Assembly: GCA_041666745.1 (NCBI GenBank) | Contig: JBAYGI010000001.1 | Coordinates: 91,095-155,094, forward strand | Source of the DNA: Candidatus Magasanikiibacteriota bacterium | GTDB lineage: Bacteria; Patescibacteriota; Patescibacteriia; Magasanikbacterales; GWA2-37-8 | DNA: 64,000 bases | Direction: 5' to 3' | Shown here: piece by piece, positions 20,736 to 30,230 of the stretch | How positions within the stretch are numbered: the stretch's first letter is position 1 | Layout of the letters: every line of letters begins with the position of its first letter | Position numbers and translations under genes: made by a program | Notes under the pieces: model-generated | Told to the model about the DNA's origin: nothing | Seen by the model: the letters and a program-made list of their open reading frames with translations, nothing else | Databases searched by the model: none

Positions 20736-21264
20736 ATGTCCATTTGATTAGATCGTTGTTTTTTAAAATATATAATGATACTCCCACTTTGGCCGACTGA
20801 CCGTTGATGTAATAAATCCAATATTCTCCGGTTTGATTATTATTTTTTAATCCATTAATTTCTTCGATAAAATATCCTAGTCCGTTATATTGTTTGGTCG
20901 TCATTGTGATTTGTTTGGTGTTGGTCAGTTTTTGCATCGCGTCATAAGCGGTGGATTTTTCAGGTAAGCTGACTTTGTGTTGCTGACTATTTATTTCTAT
21001 TGTAGTTTCAATCGGATTTTTTATTTCTTCACTAACCGGCGACGTGGTTTCAGTTTTTTGTATTTCCGGTTTTAAGTTTTTATTTTGGGTAATTTTATTT
21101 TCAGATATCGCCGTACTGGTGACTACATCTGTCCAAGGCAGGTTTTGGATTTCCGGTTTTGGTGTTTCGGTTTTTGGTTTGTCCGGTAAAAGCAGATAAG
21201 CGCCGGTAGATAAAAAAATAAAAGTAAAGATAAAAAATAGGCGAGTGAGGTGTTTGTTATGCAT
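20716..21264 (-). CDS. DUF4430 (transcobalamin C-terminal-like beta domain) membrane-anchored protein
   Basis: STAYDAM, GYFIEEING, YWIYYING..AKVGVS.Y.LKNND.I.W.Y. Confidence 0.8.
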   Translation of the reverse strand: MHNKHLTRLFFIFTFIFLSTGAYLLLPDKPKTETPKPEIQNLPWTDVVTSTAISENKITQNKNLKPEIQKTETTSPVSEEIKNPIETTIEINSQQHKVSLPEKSTAYDAMQKLTNTKQITMTTKQYNGLGYFIEEINGLKNNNQTGEYWIYYINGQSAKVGVSLYILKNNDLIKWTYAKAQF

Positions 21265-21280
21265 ATTTATAAATTATAAA

Positions 21281-21307
21281 AAAAATCTTTCCCGAGGCGA
21301 AAAGATT
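21281..21307 (-). terminator. Riboswitch expression-platform terminator
   Basis: Minus strand AATCTTTTCG-CCT-CGGGAAAGATT then T run; upstream CCCGAG (21327-21332) can pair with its CTCGGG as an antiterminator. Confidence 0.65.
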
Positions 21308-21337
21308 CCAAAAAAGAAGATTCCTGCTCGGGATAAT

Positions 21338-21429
21338 TATTATTTGAAGACCGGACTTGTTCTCGACTTAATCGAGACTTTACCGTTGCGGCACAGTAGG
21401 GGAATATGACCCCATTTCCACAAATAATA
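21338..21429 (-). promoter_or_regulatory. Cobalamin riboswitch (compact)
   Basis: Minus strand TGGAAATGGGGTCATATTCCCCTACTGTGCCGCAACGGTAA...AAGTCCGGTC matches the Cbl core and B12 box; closing stem TATTATTTG/CAAATAATA; promoter TTGACA-17-TAGTGT at 21477-21449. Confidence 0.82.
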
Positions 21430-21463
21430 TGTAAATTGTCTTGTTGATACACTACCAGCGAAA

Positions 21464-22180
21464 TCATTCCTTGTCAAAATGGGTTGTGTATAACTTAAAA
21501 ATGGTGGTAAAAAATTCGATGATATCTTTGTTGGATAATTTGGATTTTCCGAGCGTTCGGTCTTTAAAAATTACCGGAATTTCTTTGATTTGAAATTTGT
21601 TTTTTTGGGTGCGGTATAGCATTTCTTCTTGAAAGGCATAACCGTTGCTTTTTATTTTATCCAAATTTATTTTTTCCAATACTTCACGTCGATAACAACG
21701 AAAACCGGAAGTGACATCTTTGACTCGTAAACGCAAAAAAGTGCGAGCGATAACCATGGCGCCATGGCTCATTAATTTTCTTCTCCAATTCCAACCGACA
21801 ATTTTTCCACCGTTTATTTTTCTTGATCCTATCGCCAGATGAAAGCCGTTGGCGCAAGCTTCGATCAAACGTGGTAAATCTTTTGGGTCATGTGAAAAGT
21901 CCGCGTCCATTTCCACTATCAAATCCGCGCCCAAGGCCAAGGCTTTTTTGAATCCCGCAATGTACGCGCTACCTAGGCCGAGTTTGTTGTAGCGTTTTAT
22001 GAGATAAAGGTTGGGATAGACTGTTTGCGCTTTGCTCACCAGTTCGCCGGTTTTGTCAGGAGAGTTATCATCCACCACGATAATTTGTAAATTGTCTATC
22101 GATTGAGCAAAAATGTCGTTGATGAGATTAACAATATTATCCCGTTCGTTATAAGTGGGTATGACTACAATAGTTTTCAT
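21464..22180 (-). CDS. Polyprenol monophosphomannose synthase (GT2, DPM1-like)
   Basis: IPTYNE, VDDNSPD.TG, GLGSAY..GF, MDADFSHDP, DVTSGFRCY. Confidence 0.9.
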   Translation of the reverse strand: MKTIVVIPTYNERDNIVNLINDIFAQSIDNLQIIVVDDNSPDKTGELVSKAQTVYPNLYLIKRYNKLGLGSAYIAGFKKALALGADLIVEMDADFSHDPKDLPRLIEACANGFHLAIGSRKINGGKIVGWNWRRKLMSHGAMVIARTFLRLRVKDVTSGFRCYRREVLEKINLDKIKSNGYAFQEEMLYRTQKNKFQIKEIPVIFKDRTLGKSKLSNKDIIEFFTTIFKLYTTHFDKE

Positions 22181-22183
22181 AAA

Positions 22184-23032
22184 TTATTTTTTGGCGTTAT
22201 GTTTGGCACAGAGAACAGTATTTTGTAAGAGTAGCGCCACGGTAATCGGACCAACTCCACCGGGGGTGGGTGTGAAGTAACTGGATTTTGGTAAAACTTT
22301 CGCTCTGTTGGCATCGCCATACATTTTTCCATTTTCAAAAACAATACCGGTATCGATGATTATCGCGCCTTGTTTTACCATATCGCCACGCAGTAAATCT
22401 TTTTTTCCAACTCCGGTCACTATCACATCGGCCATCAAACATTTTTCTTTGATATCACGAGTGCGACTATTACAAGTAATTACGCTAGCGCCTTCGTTGG
22501 CCAATATTATGGCCAATGGTTTTCCCACTAGCGCGCCCATGCCGATAATGGTAATATTTTTTCCAATTAAACTGAAATTTAATTCTTTTAAAATAGTAAT
22601 GACCGCAAAAGGAGTTGGTGGAAAAATATAGTTGGTGCGCATTACCAGCTTGCCAATATTGGTGTCGGTCAAACAGTCGACGTCGATACTTGAATCAACC
22701 GCGTTGATGACTTCGGAGATATAAAGTTTTTCCGGTAATGGTAATTGAATAATCAGACCGGAAAGTTTTTCTTTTTTTTGAATGTTTTTAATTTCGGCGA
22801 CTAATTTATTTTTACTCACGCTAGCGGGAAATTTTTTTAAAACAAAATCGATACCGGCGATTTCGGCGGCCTGCTGTTTTTTGTTGACATAGGTTTGTGA
22901 TGGTTTGTCATTGCCAACCAAAATAACACCGAGTTTAGGTTTGATGTTTTTCTTCTTTAATTTTTTTACTTCCAGCGCCACCGAAGCGCGAATTTTTTCG
23001 GCGATAGCTTTGCCGTCTATTAGAGTACCCAT
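22184..23032 (-). CDS. folD: Bifunctional methylenetetrahydrofolate dehydrogenase/cyclohydrolase
   Basis: IDGKAIA, YVNKK, IIQLPLP, DVDCL, VGKPLA, TPTPGGVGPITVA. Confidence 0.95.
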   Translation of the reverse strand: MGTLIDGKAIAEKIRASVALEVKKLKKKNIKPKLGVILVGNDKPSQTYVNKKQQAAEIAGIDFVLKKFPASVSKNKLVAEIKNIQKKEKLSGLIIQLPLPEKLYISEVINAVDSSIDVDCLTDTNIGKLVMRTNYIFPPTPFAVITILKELNFSLIGKNITIIGMGALVGKPLAIILANEGASVITCNSRTRDIKEKCLMADVIVTGVGKKDLLRGDMVKQGAIIIDTGIVFENGKMYGDANRAKVLPKSSYFTPTPGGVGPITVALLLQNTVLCAKHNAKK

Positions 23033-23118
23033 AATTTGATTGATTATGCCCATATTCTAACATAAGAGGATAAAAAAATCTAGTACATGTGTAGTTGGTT
23101 GTTAGTGAATTTGGTAAT

Positions 23119-23213
23119 AAAAAAACACCCCGCAGGGTGTCTTTACAACTACCTATAGTTCGGTGACGGAATACGCCACTTACTCCTTTGAGCTCCCTAT
23201 AGGATTTACGTCT
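23119..23213 (-). ncRNA. Small structured RNA downstream of the DUF3800 gene (DUF3800-associated RNA candidate)
   Basis: Perfect TTGACA-17-TATAAT (23248-23220); CCTATAG/CTATAGG stem enclosing two hairpins; terminator ACACCC-TGCG-GGGTGT with T run. Confidence 0.7.
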
Positions 23214-23254
23214 AATGTAATTATATTATTACATGACAGGTTTGTCAAGTTTGG

Positions 23255-23887
23255 TTAATTGGTGTTGGGGATATCCTCTCTAAAAGTTGAATGAGGAAAC
23301 TTGATTGATTTTATAATATTTAAACGAGAATAAAAATCGCTATTTTTCCATTGATATTTACGACGAATACAGCTTGCGACTAGATCTGCCATTTGTAATG
23401 TTTTAGATGTCCTAGAATCCTTATACTCTATCCGTAATTCTTTCGTGAAGCCCCATTCCATATAAGCCTTGATTTGTATGTATTCCTTTAATGAGTTGGC
23501 AGATGCCACCTTTTGTGTTCTATTATCTAGATATAAAAATATGTCATCGGTGTTGGCTTTAATGATATCTTTTACTAAAAATGAAAATAAATAGTTAAAA
23601 ATTAAATTATTGTTTTTAAATAAAAGCTTATTTTCTATTTTCATCTTATCTGCAATGATGTATGAAATACTGTAGTCGTCCTGTTGTTTGGTTAGCGTAT
23701 TTACTAAAAATTGTTTTTGGGTAAAGTCTAAATTAGTGGTGTGTACTTCTGGTAAAGAGTGATAACTACAAAATGATTTTATTATATTTTTTAAACGATT
23801 TGGTCTGTGAGCTACAACCATGGCAATAATAAAATAGCCTTCGTTATATCCTAAATTGCCTGACTCATCAATAAAAACTTGTAGCAT
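23255..23887 (-). CDS. DUF3800 family protein (RNase H-like fold)
   Basis: N-terminal FIDESG and C-terminal DS..S..LQMADLVA motifs. Confidence 0.85.
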   Translation of the reverse strand: MLQVFIDESGNLGYNEGYFIIAMVVAHRPNRLKNIIKSFCSYHSLPEVHTTNLDFTQKQFLVNTLTKQQDDYSISYIIADKMKIENKLLFKNNNLIFNYLFSFLVKDIIKANTDDIFLYLDNRTQKVASANSLKEYIQIKAYMEWGFTKELRIEYKDSRTSKTLQMADLVASCIRRKYQWKNSDFYSRLNIIKSIKFPHSTFREDIPNTN

Positions 23888-24016
23888 GTACTTAATTATA
23901 CGCTTATTTCTTTATTTATACAATTTGATGTTTATAAAAATAATAAAAAAACGAAGTATTGAACGCACTCCGTTTTTCTTGGTTTCGAGTCGTAGATGAT
24001 ATTAGAACTAAGGCCT

Positions 24017-24817
24017 TTACTTTTTTGGATATGGAAGTGGAAATATACCAGTCGCCTTGAATCCATCAGTTTTACTACCATCGACTGTTAATTTGGTATA
24101 GAAATAATATTTTTCAACATTTTTTAAATCTTCAACATTAAATCCGAATTTCTCTGCTATCAGTTTGGCTGTTTTGCCATCAACATTGTAACAAACAATA
24201 TGATCTACTACATTAAGTAACTGTTGCAAACCCTCGTTAGAATATTGACTAAGCGATTGGTCTGCAAGATGACATTTAATTCCGTTTTCTTTGTTGGAAG
24301 CAATATTTTTTTCGTCATCAACAAAATTGTGAAACTCATCAACGAACAAAGAAGCACCGCTCAATTCATTTTTTAACTTATAAAATTCATTTAAAATATA
24401 CATCCCGACTTCACGAGCTGCATGACTGCCGATTACTGGATAGCTCAGTTTACACAATATAAATTTGTTATTTTTTATTTCAGTCAAATCAATCTCCTGC
24501 TTGAATTTGTTGATGTTGAATTCAGTGTCTCCCTTTACAACTTCAAAAACAATCACATTATCCTTGTTGGTATATTTCAACGTATCGTCAACAATATCGC
24601 CAAAAGGATCAATCACCAAACCACCTTTTGAATTGACTAAATCTGAAATGATTAAATTTTCTAACAAAATAGTTTTACCAGTACCACTTCTCCCTAACAA
24701 ATACATGTTACCTTTTCTATCTTCTTGTTCTATTCCAAAAGTTTCTTTTGACTCCAAAACACCGATTGGAGTGGCTTTGTCTGTTAAAATATTGCTTATT
24801 GTCTTCAAATTAGGCAT
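24017..24817 (-). CDS. Short VirD4/HerA-like (DUF87-type) P-loop ATPase
   Basis: EDRKGNMYLLGRSGTGKT, VIDPFGD, LFVDEFHNF; internally shortened relative to 27661-30222. Confidence 0.7.
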   Translation of the reverse strand: MPNLKTISNILTDKATPIGVLESKETFGIEQEDRKGNMYLLGRSGTGKTILLENLIISDLVNSKGGLVIDPFGDIVDDTLKYTNKDNVIVFEVVKGDTEFNINKFKQEIDLTEIKNNKFILCKLSYPVIGSHAAREVGMYILNEFYKLKNELSGASLFVDEFHNFVDDEKNIASNKENGIKCHLADQSLSQYSNEGLQQLLNVVDHIVCYNVDGKTAKLIAEKFGFNVEDLKNVEKYYFYTKLTVDGSKTDGFKATGIFPLPYPKK

Positions 24818-24919
24818 ATTTTTATATTAAAGAATTATTTTAATAGTAGTTGATCACATAACGGCGTGCCACGCGATGAGCCCCAAAAAAGGGTCGGGGT
24901 AAACTCCGCGAATTTTGCG

Positions 24920-24938
24920 TGGTTCCGAGACTTGGATT
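24920..24938 (-). repeat. 19-bp duplicate of the tRNA-Gln 3' end
   Basis: TGGTTCCGAGACTTGGATT is identical to 24981-24999. Confidence 0.75.
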
Positions 24939-24980
24939 TACCCCTCGGGGCATAAACTTCTCATCCAAGTCTGTTTGATT

Positions 24981-25054
24981 TGGTTCCGAGACTTGGATTC
25001 GAACCAAGATAAATAGCTTCAGAGGCTATTGTCCTGCCATTAGACGATCTCGGA
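24981..25054 (-). tRNA. tRNA-Gln(CTG)
   Basis: TCCGAGA/TCTCGGA acceptor stem, ATAGC-CT-CTG-AA-GCTAT anticodon arm, TTCGAAT T-loop, encoded CCA. Confidence 0.95.
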
Positions 25055-25066
25055 ATAGATTGTTTA

Positions 25067-25091
25067 GATTCCCGTTTTCACGGGAATGACA
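25067..25091. repeat. REP-like palindrome, copy 2
   Basis: GATTCCCGTTTTCACGGGAATGACA. Confidence 0.85.
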
Positions 25092-25122
25092 ATGGTCATT
25101 TAACTATATTTTTGGCTTATTG

Positions 25123-25953
25123 TCAAGAAGAAATCGGGTCGCCGGTCTTTAAATTATCTAATTTTTTCTGCTCAACAATTTTAATTTTTTTCCACTGCCA
25201 GCCATGTTTTTTGAATACCTCGGAAGATGTAATATGGTATTTGGTGTCATGTCTGATTAAATAAACTTTCGGGTCATTTTTTACTTTAAACAAAATTTTT
25301 GAATCGGTGAATAACACGGTTGCCACTCCATCGGTGTGGTGAGTTTTTTGGTTGTAATCGTGTAGATTATCCATTATCACATCATATGTGTAGCGATAAC
25401 CTGATCCGGTCACTGCATCACCACTGTCGTGGGTGATAAATTCTTTGGTGCTTTCATCAAAACCGATCAACACCAAAACATGGTAATAAGATCCGCCAGC
25501 TCGCCAACGATGATTTGGGTTGGGTAGATTTTTGGCGTAAAGCATGGCGATCACCGGGCGTCCTTGGGTCAATTCGTTTTTAATTTCTTCTAGAGTGGGA
25601 TTCTTTTTGATGGTGGCGGTAATGTCGGTATATTCATTTATCAATTTAGCAGTTTGAATGGCATTAGTATTGGCATTGCCACCGAAAATTTTATTTTCAA
25701 TTTTAAATAATGGCAACATGTCCGCGGCCGCAATTTTTTTGGAAATATTTTCATATCCAAAATAATAACCCTTGACCATCACCAGACTAGCCTCTTCGCA
25801 GGCGTTATTCCACGGCGCCAACCAACTATTTGTGGGAATTTCAGAAGTATATGGCACTTTCAGTTCAACTGAATTTTTATTTTCGGCCAAAACAATATTA
25901 TTTGAAAATAATAAAGAAAAAAATAAAATAGCGGATAAATATTTTTTGTTCAT
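25123..25953 (-). CDS. Secreted C39-like cysteine peptidase
   Basis: Signal peptide, L.VPYTS, ACEEASL, YHVLVLIGFD, FITHD; C-terminal K...DPKVYLI repeat-like domain. Confidence 0.75.
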   Translation of the reverse strand: MNKKYLSAILFFSLLFSNNIVLAENKNSVELKVPYTSEIPTNSWLAPWNNACEEASLVMVKGYYFGYENISKKIAAADMLPLFKIENKIFGGNANTNAIQTAKLINEYTDITATIKKNPTLEEIKNELTQGRPVIAMLYAKNLPNPNHRWRAGGSYYHVLVLIGFDESTKEFITHDSGDAVTGSGYRYTYDVIMDNLHDYNQKTHHTDGVATVLFTDSKILFKVKNDPKVYLIRHDTKYHITSSEVFKKHGWQWKKIKIVEQKKLDNLKTGDPISS

Positions 25954-25958
25954 AATAG

Positions 25959-27509
25959 CTAAACTATTTCTCCGCCGAATTCCGTGGCTAGATTGTTTAA
26001 TTCGGTATCGTTGGTGGTAGCGACTTCGACGGCCTGTACACTACAGGTAATTCTTATTCTTTCTCCAAGTACTTTTTCAATTTCATCTTCTAGATTTTTT
26101 TTGGTCTTTGCTTCTTCGGCTTTTTCTTTATGAATGGCAAATTGAAAAGCGATATTTAATCCGGTTTCATCTACACTTGCCAATGTACAGTTTCTCAATA
26201 CAAAAGTAAGCGATGGATTTTGTTTCGACAGACCGGATGTTATCTCGTTCCATTTGGCTTTTATTTCTTCCAGAGTAGATTTTGGAGGTGAATTGTGGGT
26301 GAAGTTGCCGATGGCGGATTTTATTGATTCAACGATGTTTTTTGGCTTGGTTTCTTCCGTTTGTTTTATTTCCACAATACTTTTTTTATTTTCCGTATTA
26401 GTTGTATTTGTTACAATATTTTCACCAACACTAAATTGCACCGCAAATAATTCCAACGGCAACTGTGGAATCGGTGATTGTTTTATTTCACGCTTGCGAA
26501 TCGACACCGAGTCGATCATCGCAATTATTTTGTTGGCTAAAAATTTTGTTGATAATTTTTTAATTTTCGCAATGGTGTCTTTGTCCGCATTGATGGTGTT
26601 GGAAATATCCAAACCGGTTTGGGCGATTAGTGCTTGGCGTAATATGTCTATCAGATCCAAAGTGAATTGTTCCAAATTTATGCCTTGATCGGTAATTTTA
26701 TTGATATGTTCAATAGCCGATTTACTATCCTGATCCGCAATAAATTCAACAAAAGATAAAACCGAATTCAAATCAGAGGAGGGGAGAATCGCGGCGATAT
26801 CTTCATCGGAAATTTCTTTCAAATTTAAAGTTAATATTTGTCCGAGCAAACTCTCCGCGTCGCGCATACCACCTTCGCTTTTGTTGATAATTTTTTCCAA
26901 TACTGATTTCTCGATTTTTATTTTTTCTTGTTTGCAAATACTTTCCAGTTTTTTCAACATTCCTTCATGAGAGATTTTTTTAAAAGCAAAACGCTGACAG
27001 CGAGAAATAATCGTCGCTGGTAATTTTTGCAGTTCGGTCGTGGCTAAAATAAATAAAACATGAGCGGGTGGCTCCTCGATAGTTTTGAGCAAAGCGTTGA
27101 AAGCGCTCGTCGAAAGCATGTGCACCTCGTCGATGATAAATATTTTATATTTGGATTGAGTCGGTTTGAATTGCGCGTTGTCAATAATATTTTCACGAAC
27201 ATTATCTACGCCGGTATGAGAAGCCGCGTCTATTTCGATAACATCAATATTGCGCCCGAGAGCAATTTCCGTACAAGAAGAACAAGTGTTGCACGGTTCA
27301 AAACTACCTTCCTTGCGATCTTTGCAATTTACCGCTTTGGCCAAAAGGCGAGCGATAGTAGTTTTACCAACCCCGCGCGGACCGGTAAAAAGATACGCAT
27401 GAGCAATTTTGTTGCCAGCGATTTCATTGGTAATAGTTTTGACAATATGTTCCTGATCGTGAATGTCACCAAAAACCTGTGGTCTATATTTTCTATACAA
27501 TGTGGACAT
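25959..27509 (-). CDS. dnaX: DNA polymerase III subunit gamma/tau
   Basis: LYRKYRPQ.F, GPRGVGKTT, EIDAAS, IIDEVHMLS, SRCQ. Confidence 0.97.
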   Translation of the reverse strand: MSTLYRKYRPQVFGDIHDQEHIVKTITNEIAGNKIAHAYLFTGPRGVGKTTIARLLAKAVNCKDRKEGSFEPCNTCSSCTEIALGRNIDVIEIDAASHTGVDNVRENIIDNAQFKPTQSKYKIFIIDEVHMLSTSAFNALLKTIEEPPAHVLFILATTELQKLPATIISRCQRFAFKKISHEGMLKKLESICKQEKIKIEKSVLEKIINKSEGGMRDAESLLGQILTLNLKEISDEDIAAILPSSDLNSVLSFVEFIADQDSKSAIEHINKITDQGINLEQFTLDLIDILRQALIAQTGLDISNTINADKDTIAKIKKLSTKFLANKIIAMIDSVSIRKREIKQSPIPQLPLELFAVQFSVGENIVTNTTNTENKKSIVEIKQTEETKPKNIVESIKSAIGNFTHNSPPKSTLEEIKAKWNEITSGLSKQNPSLTFVLRNCTLASVDETGLNIAFQFAIHKEKAEEAKTKKNLEDEIEKVLGERIRITCSVQAVEVATTNDTELNNLATEFGGEIV

Positions 27510-27539
27510 AAGCTATCAGTATATTTTAAAAAATAAAGA

Positions 27540-27640
27540 ATGAGCTGGGGCGGATTGTCTCTGAGCGGGTTATGAGCCCGAGGCTCATCCTTTCAGCCTC
27601 GCGGCTGAAAAAAGCGAAGAGATAATCCGCCCCAGCTCAT
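27540..27640. repeat. Compound palindromic element, copy 1
   Basis: Outer IR ATGAGCTGGGGCGGATT/AATCCGCCCCAGCTCAT around a core shared with 44035-44140. Confidence 0.75.
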
Positions 27641-27660
27641 GATGTAGTTCAGGCTACATT

Positions 27661-30222
27661 CTACAAGGTCGCCTCACTTAAAGCAATATCCGCTTTCATT
27701 GGAACACCAAGTGCCGACCTCTCCATGATTTCCGCTTCCACAATTTCGCGTGGTCGGCCGTATTTTAGACGAGACAATTCTTTGATCGCTTCGGCTAGTT
27801 CTTTGTTGCCCGCTTTTGGAGGGTAGGTGACCATGCTAAAAGGTTTGGCGGCAGTATTGTTGATAAGTAGTTTTGTGTAGGCAGTATATTGTTCTACATT
27901 GACCAAGTCATAGGCGGAAAAAACAGGGGCAAATTCTTTTTGTAAAATATCCGCGTCTTCCACGCCAATACGAAAAGATACAATCGTACCGGCATTACCA
28001 AGCACCGCATCGCGTACGGTGGACTTGCCTTTGTTGTCCTCCAGCTGTTTCATGTATTGGTGGGCAATAATTAATTCCAAACGATATTTACGAGCCTCAG
28101 ACAAAATTGTGGCGATAGAATCGGTAATAAAGTTTTGGAACTCATCAATGTATAAATAAAAATCATGACGTTGATCTTCGGGCATGTTGGCACGTTCGAG
28201 CGCGGCCATTTGCAGTTTGGAAACGATAATCAAACCCATCAAATTGGAGTTGATTTCACCGGTTAAACCTTTGGCCAAATTTACAATTAAAATTTTCTTT
28301 TTATCCATCACTTCACGGAAACTAAAACCGGAATGACTTTGGCCAATAATATTTCGAACCATGGCATTTTCAGTGAAACGGCCCACCTTGGAAATGAGGT
28401 AACCAAGCATTTCAGATTTGTGAAAGTCGGAAGTCTTGGCCATTTCTTTATCCCAAAAAGCCATTACCACCGGATCTTTTAATTTCTTTTTCCATTTGGC
28501 TACATAAGAATCATCAGTAAACATACGGGGCACTTCGGCGATGGTGCCCGGATTTTCCATATCCGACATCAAAGTCAACATTACGTTACGCATTTGATGC
28601 TCGAACATCGGACCGATCATCGATGGATCAGTTACCATTTTGTAGAAAATGGAAATCATTTCTTGGGTGGCAAAATCTTTTTGTTCTTCGGTTTTGACTT
28701 CGAGCATATTCAAACCAATCGGGCGATCAGTGTCGGATGGATTGAAATAGATAACATCATCGGCGCGTTCTTTTGGAACATGTTGTAAAACATATTCGGC
28801 AAAGTCACCGTGGGGATCAACAATACAAACACCTTCACCATTTTGTACATCTTGAATGGCTAGATTTTGGATGAACACAGATTTACCACTACCGGATTTA
28901 CCGATAGTATAAAGATGGCGACGACGATCATCGCGGGTCATACGCACAATAGTTTCCTCGCCACGATAAACAGCACGTCCCAAAACTATACCTTCAGTCG
29001 GCATGTTGACTGGTGGTGGAGCTTTGCGCGCGCCTAGCCAGTTGATGTGAGGTGTTTCAGTATTTGGAATAGGTAAGTGCCACAAACCGGCCAGCTCTTC
29101 GGTATTGACTACCATGTATCGTTTGGTATCCATGGAGCGGTAAATAGAATCACGGATAAGTTTGTTTTGATTGCGAGGTACGGCCGCCGCGAAGGAATTG
29201 CCGTAACGATAAATATTGTATTGACTAAAAGAATTGACCATGTTTTCCAAATTTCGTTGGGCTACTTCTTTGTTGTCAGCCGAACTCACCATACGCACGG
29301 TCAGTTCCAATCCGCCATGAGAAATTTTTTCTTCCATACTTTTTACCATTTCTTCCTCCATTTGAGTGAGATGGTAATCTTGGGTATGACTTTGTTTGGC
29401 CGGATCTTTGCTTTTTGGAAAGATAGTTTTTTTCCATTTTACTATTGAGCGGAGAAAAGCACTACGACGGGCGACGTATTCAAATTTTTGACCCTCGCGA
29501 ATATCGCGGATCATATGTACACCTTGACGACGCCAATAAGTAGTAGCCGGTCGAACGATAAATTGAATCAACGCACCGTCATTTTCCGACATTTTACTGA
29601 GTGGATTTAAAATCGCCACCAAAGGATCGCTGTCCATTTTTTTGTAAGTTTTCAAAGGAAAAGCTGAACGATTTTTTAAATACAAATAAGCGCCAACAAT
29701 ATTGCTTTTTGGTTTGAAAATATTGTAATCATTTTCAACCAGGATTTCAGCGTGTGGATATTGAGCGTGGATTTGTTGTTCGACAAATTCTTTCCAACGA
29801 TCAGGTGTGGCGATATAAAAAGATATCGTGCCCTCTTTGACTACTATTTCAAAAGCAATATGATCATTGCGTCCGTATAGCCACTTGGAAAAGCCCTTTT
29901 CACCTTTTAAACCGGCAATGGACGAAAACATAGTTTCGGCGGTGGCGATATATTCGCGCGTCTGATTGATGTTTTGTTCTTGGGAGGATTGGTTTTGGGA
30001 GCCCTCATTTTTCTTTTCTTTTGGAACACGAATGAATAAGATAGTTTTGTGAAAAGCTTTGCCTTCGCGTCCTTTGACATGTAAAAATGCGCGCAACAAA
30101 AATAACAATCCGACCAATACTATCCAACCCAAAATAAAAAGAAAAATAGTCAAAAATATCGGTTTGGCAATCGCGTCGGAAATCATTTGTATTAAATAGT
30201 TGGAAAAGCTGGTAGAGTCCAT
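27661..30222 (-). CDS. VirD4/TraG-like type IV secretion coupling ATPase (CPR type)
   Basis: N-terminal TM, DRRRHLYTIGKSGSGKS, VDPHGD, YLYIDEFQNF, LSEARKYRL.LIIAHQ, GNAGT. Confidence 0.85.
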   Translation of the reverse strand: MDSTSFSNYLIQMISDAIAKPIFLTIFLFILGWIVLVGLLFLLRAFLHVKGREGKAFHKTILFIRVPKEKKNEGSQNQSSQEQNINQTREYIATAETMFSSIAGLKGEKGFSKWLYGRNDHIAFEIVVKEGTISFYIATPDRWKEFVEQQIHAQYPHAEILVENDYNIFKPKSNIVGAYLYLKNRSAFPLKTYKKMDSDPLVAILNPLSKMSENDGALIQFIVRPATTYWRRQGVHMIRDIREGQKFEYVARRSAFLRSIVKWKKTIFPKSKDPAKQSHTQDYHLTQMEEEMVKSMEEKISHGGLELTVRMVSSADNKEVAQRNLENMVNSFSQYNIYRYGNSFAAAVPRNQNKLIRDSIYRSMDTKRYMVVNTEELAGLWHLPIPNTETPHINWLGARKAPPPVNMPTEGIVLGRAVYRGEETIVRMTRDDRRRHLYTIGKSGSGKSVFIQNLAIQDVQNGEGVCIVDPHGDFAEYVLQHVPKERADDVIYFNPSDTDRPIGLNMLEVKTEEQKDFATQEMISIFYKMVTDPSMIGPMFEHQMRNVMLTLMSDMENPGTIAEVPRMFTDDSYVAKWKKKLKDPVVMAFWDKEMAKTSDFHKSEMLGYLISKVGRFTENAMVRNIIGQSHSGFSFREVMDKKKILIVNLAKGLTGEINSNLMGLIIVSKLQMAALERANMPEDQRHDFYLYIDEFQNFITDSIATILSEARKYRLELIIAHQYMKQLEDNKGKSTVRDAVLGNAGTIVSFRIGVEDADILQKEFAPVFSAYDLVNVEQYTAYTKLLINNTAAKPFSMVTYPPKAGNKELAEAIKELSRLKYGRPREIVEAEIMERSALGVPMKADIALSEATL

Positions 30223-30230
30223 TTTGTAAA

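Noticed and set aside
21267-21467. 66-aa ORF upstream of the DUF4430 gene
   Set aside because: It overlies the promoter, riboswitch and terminator, which explain the sequence better.
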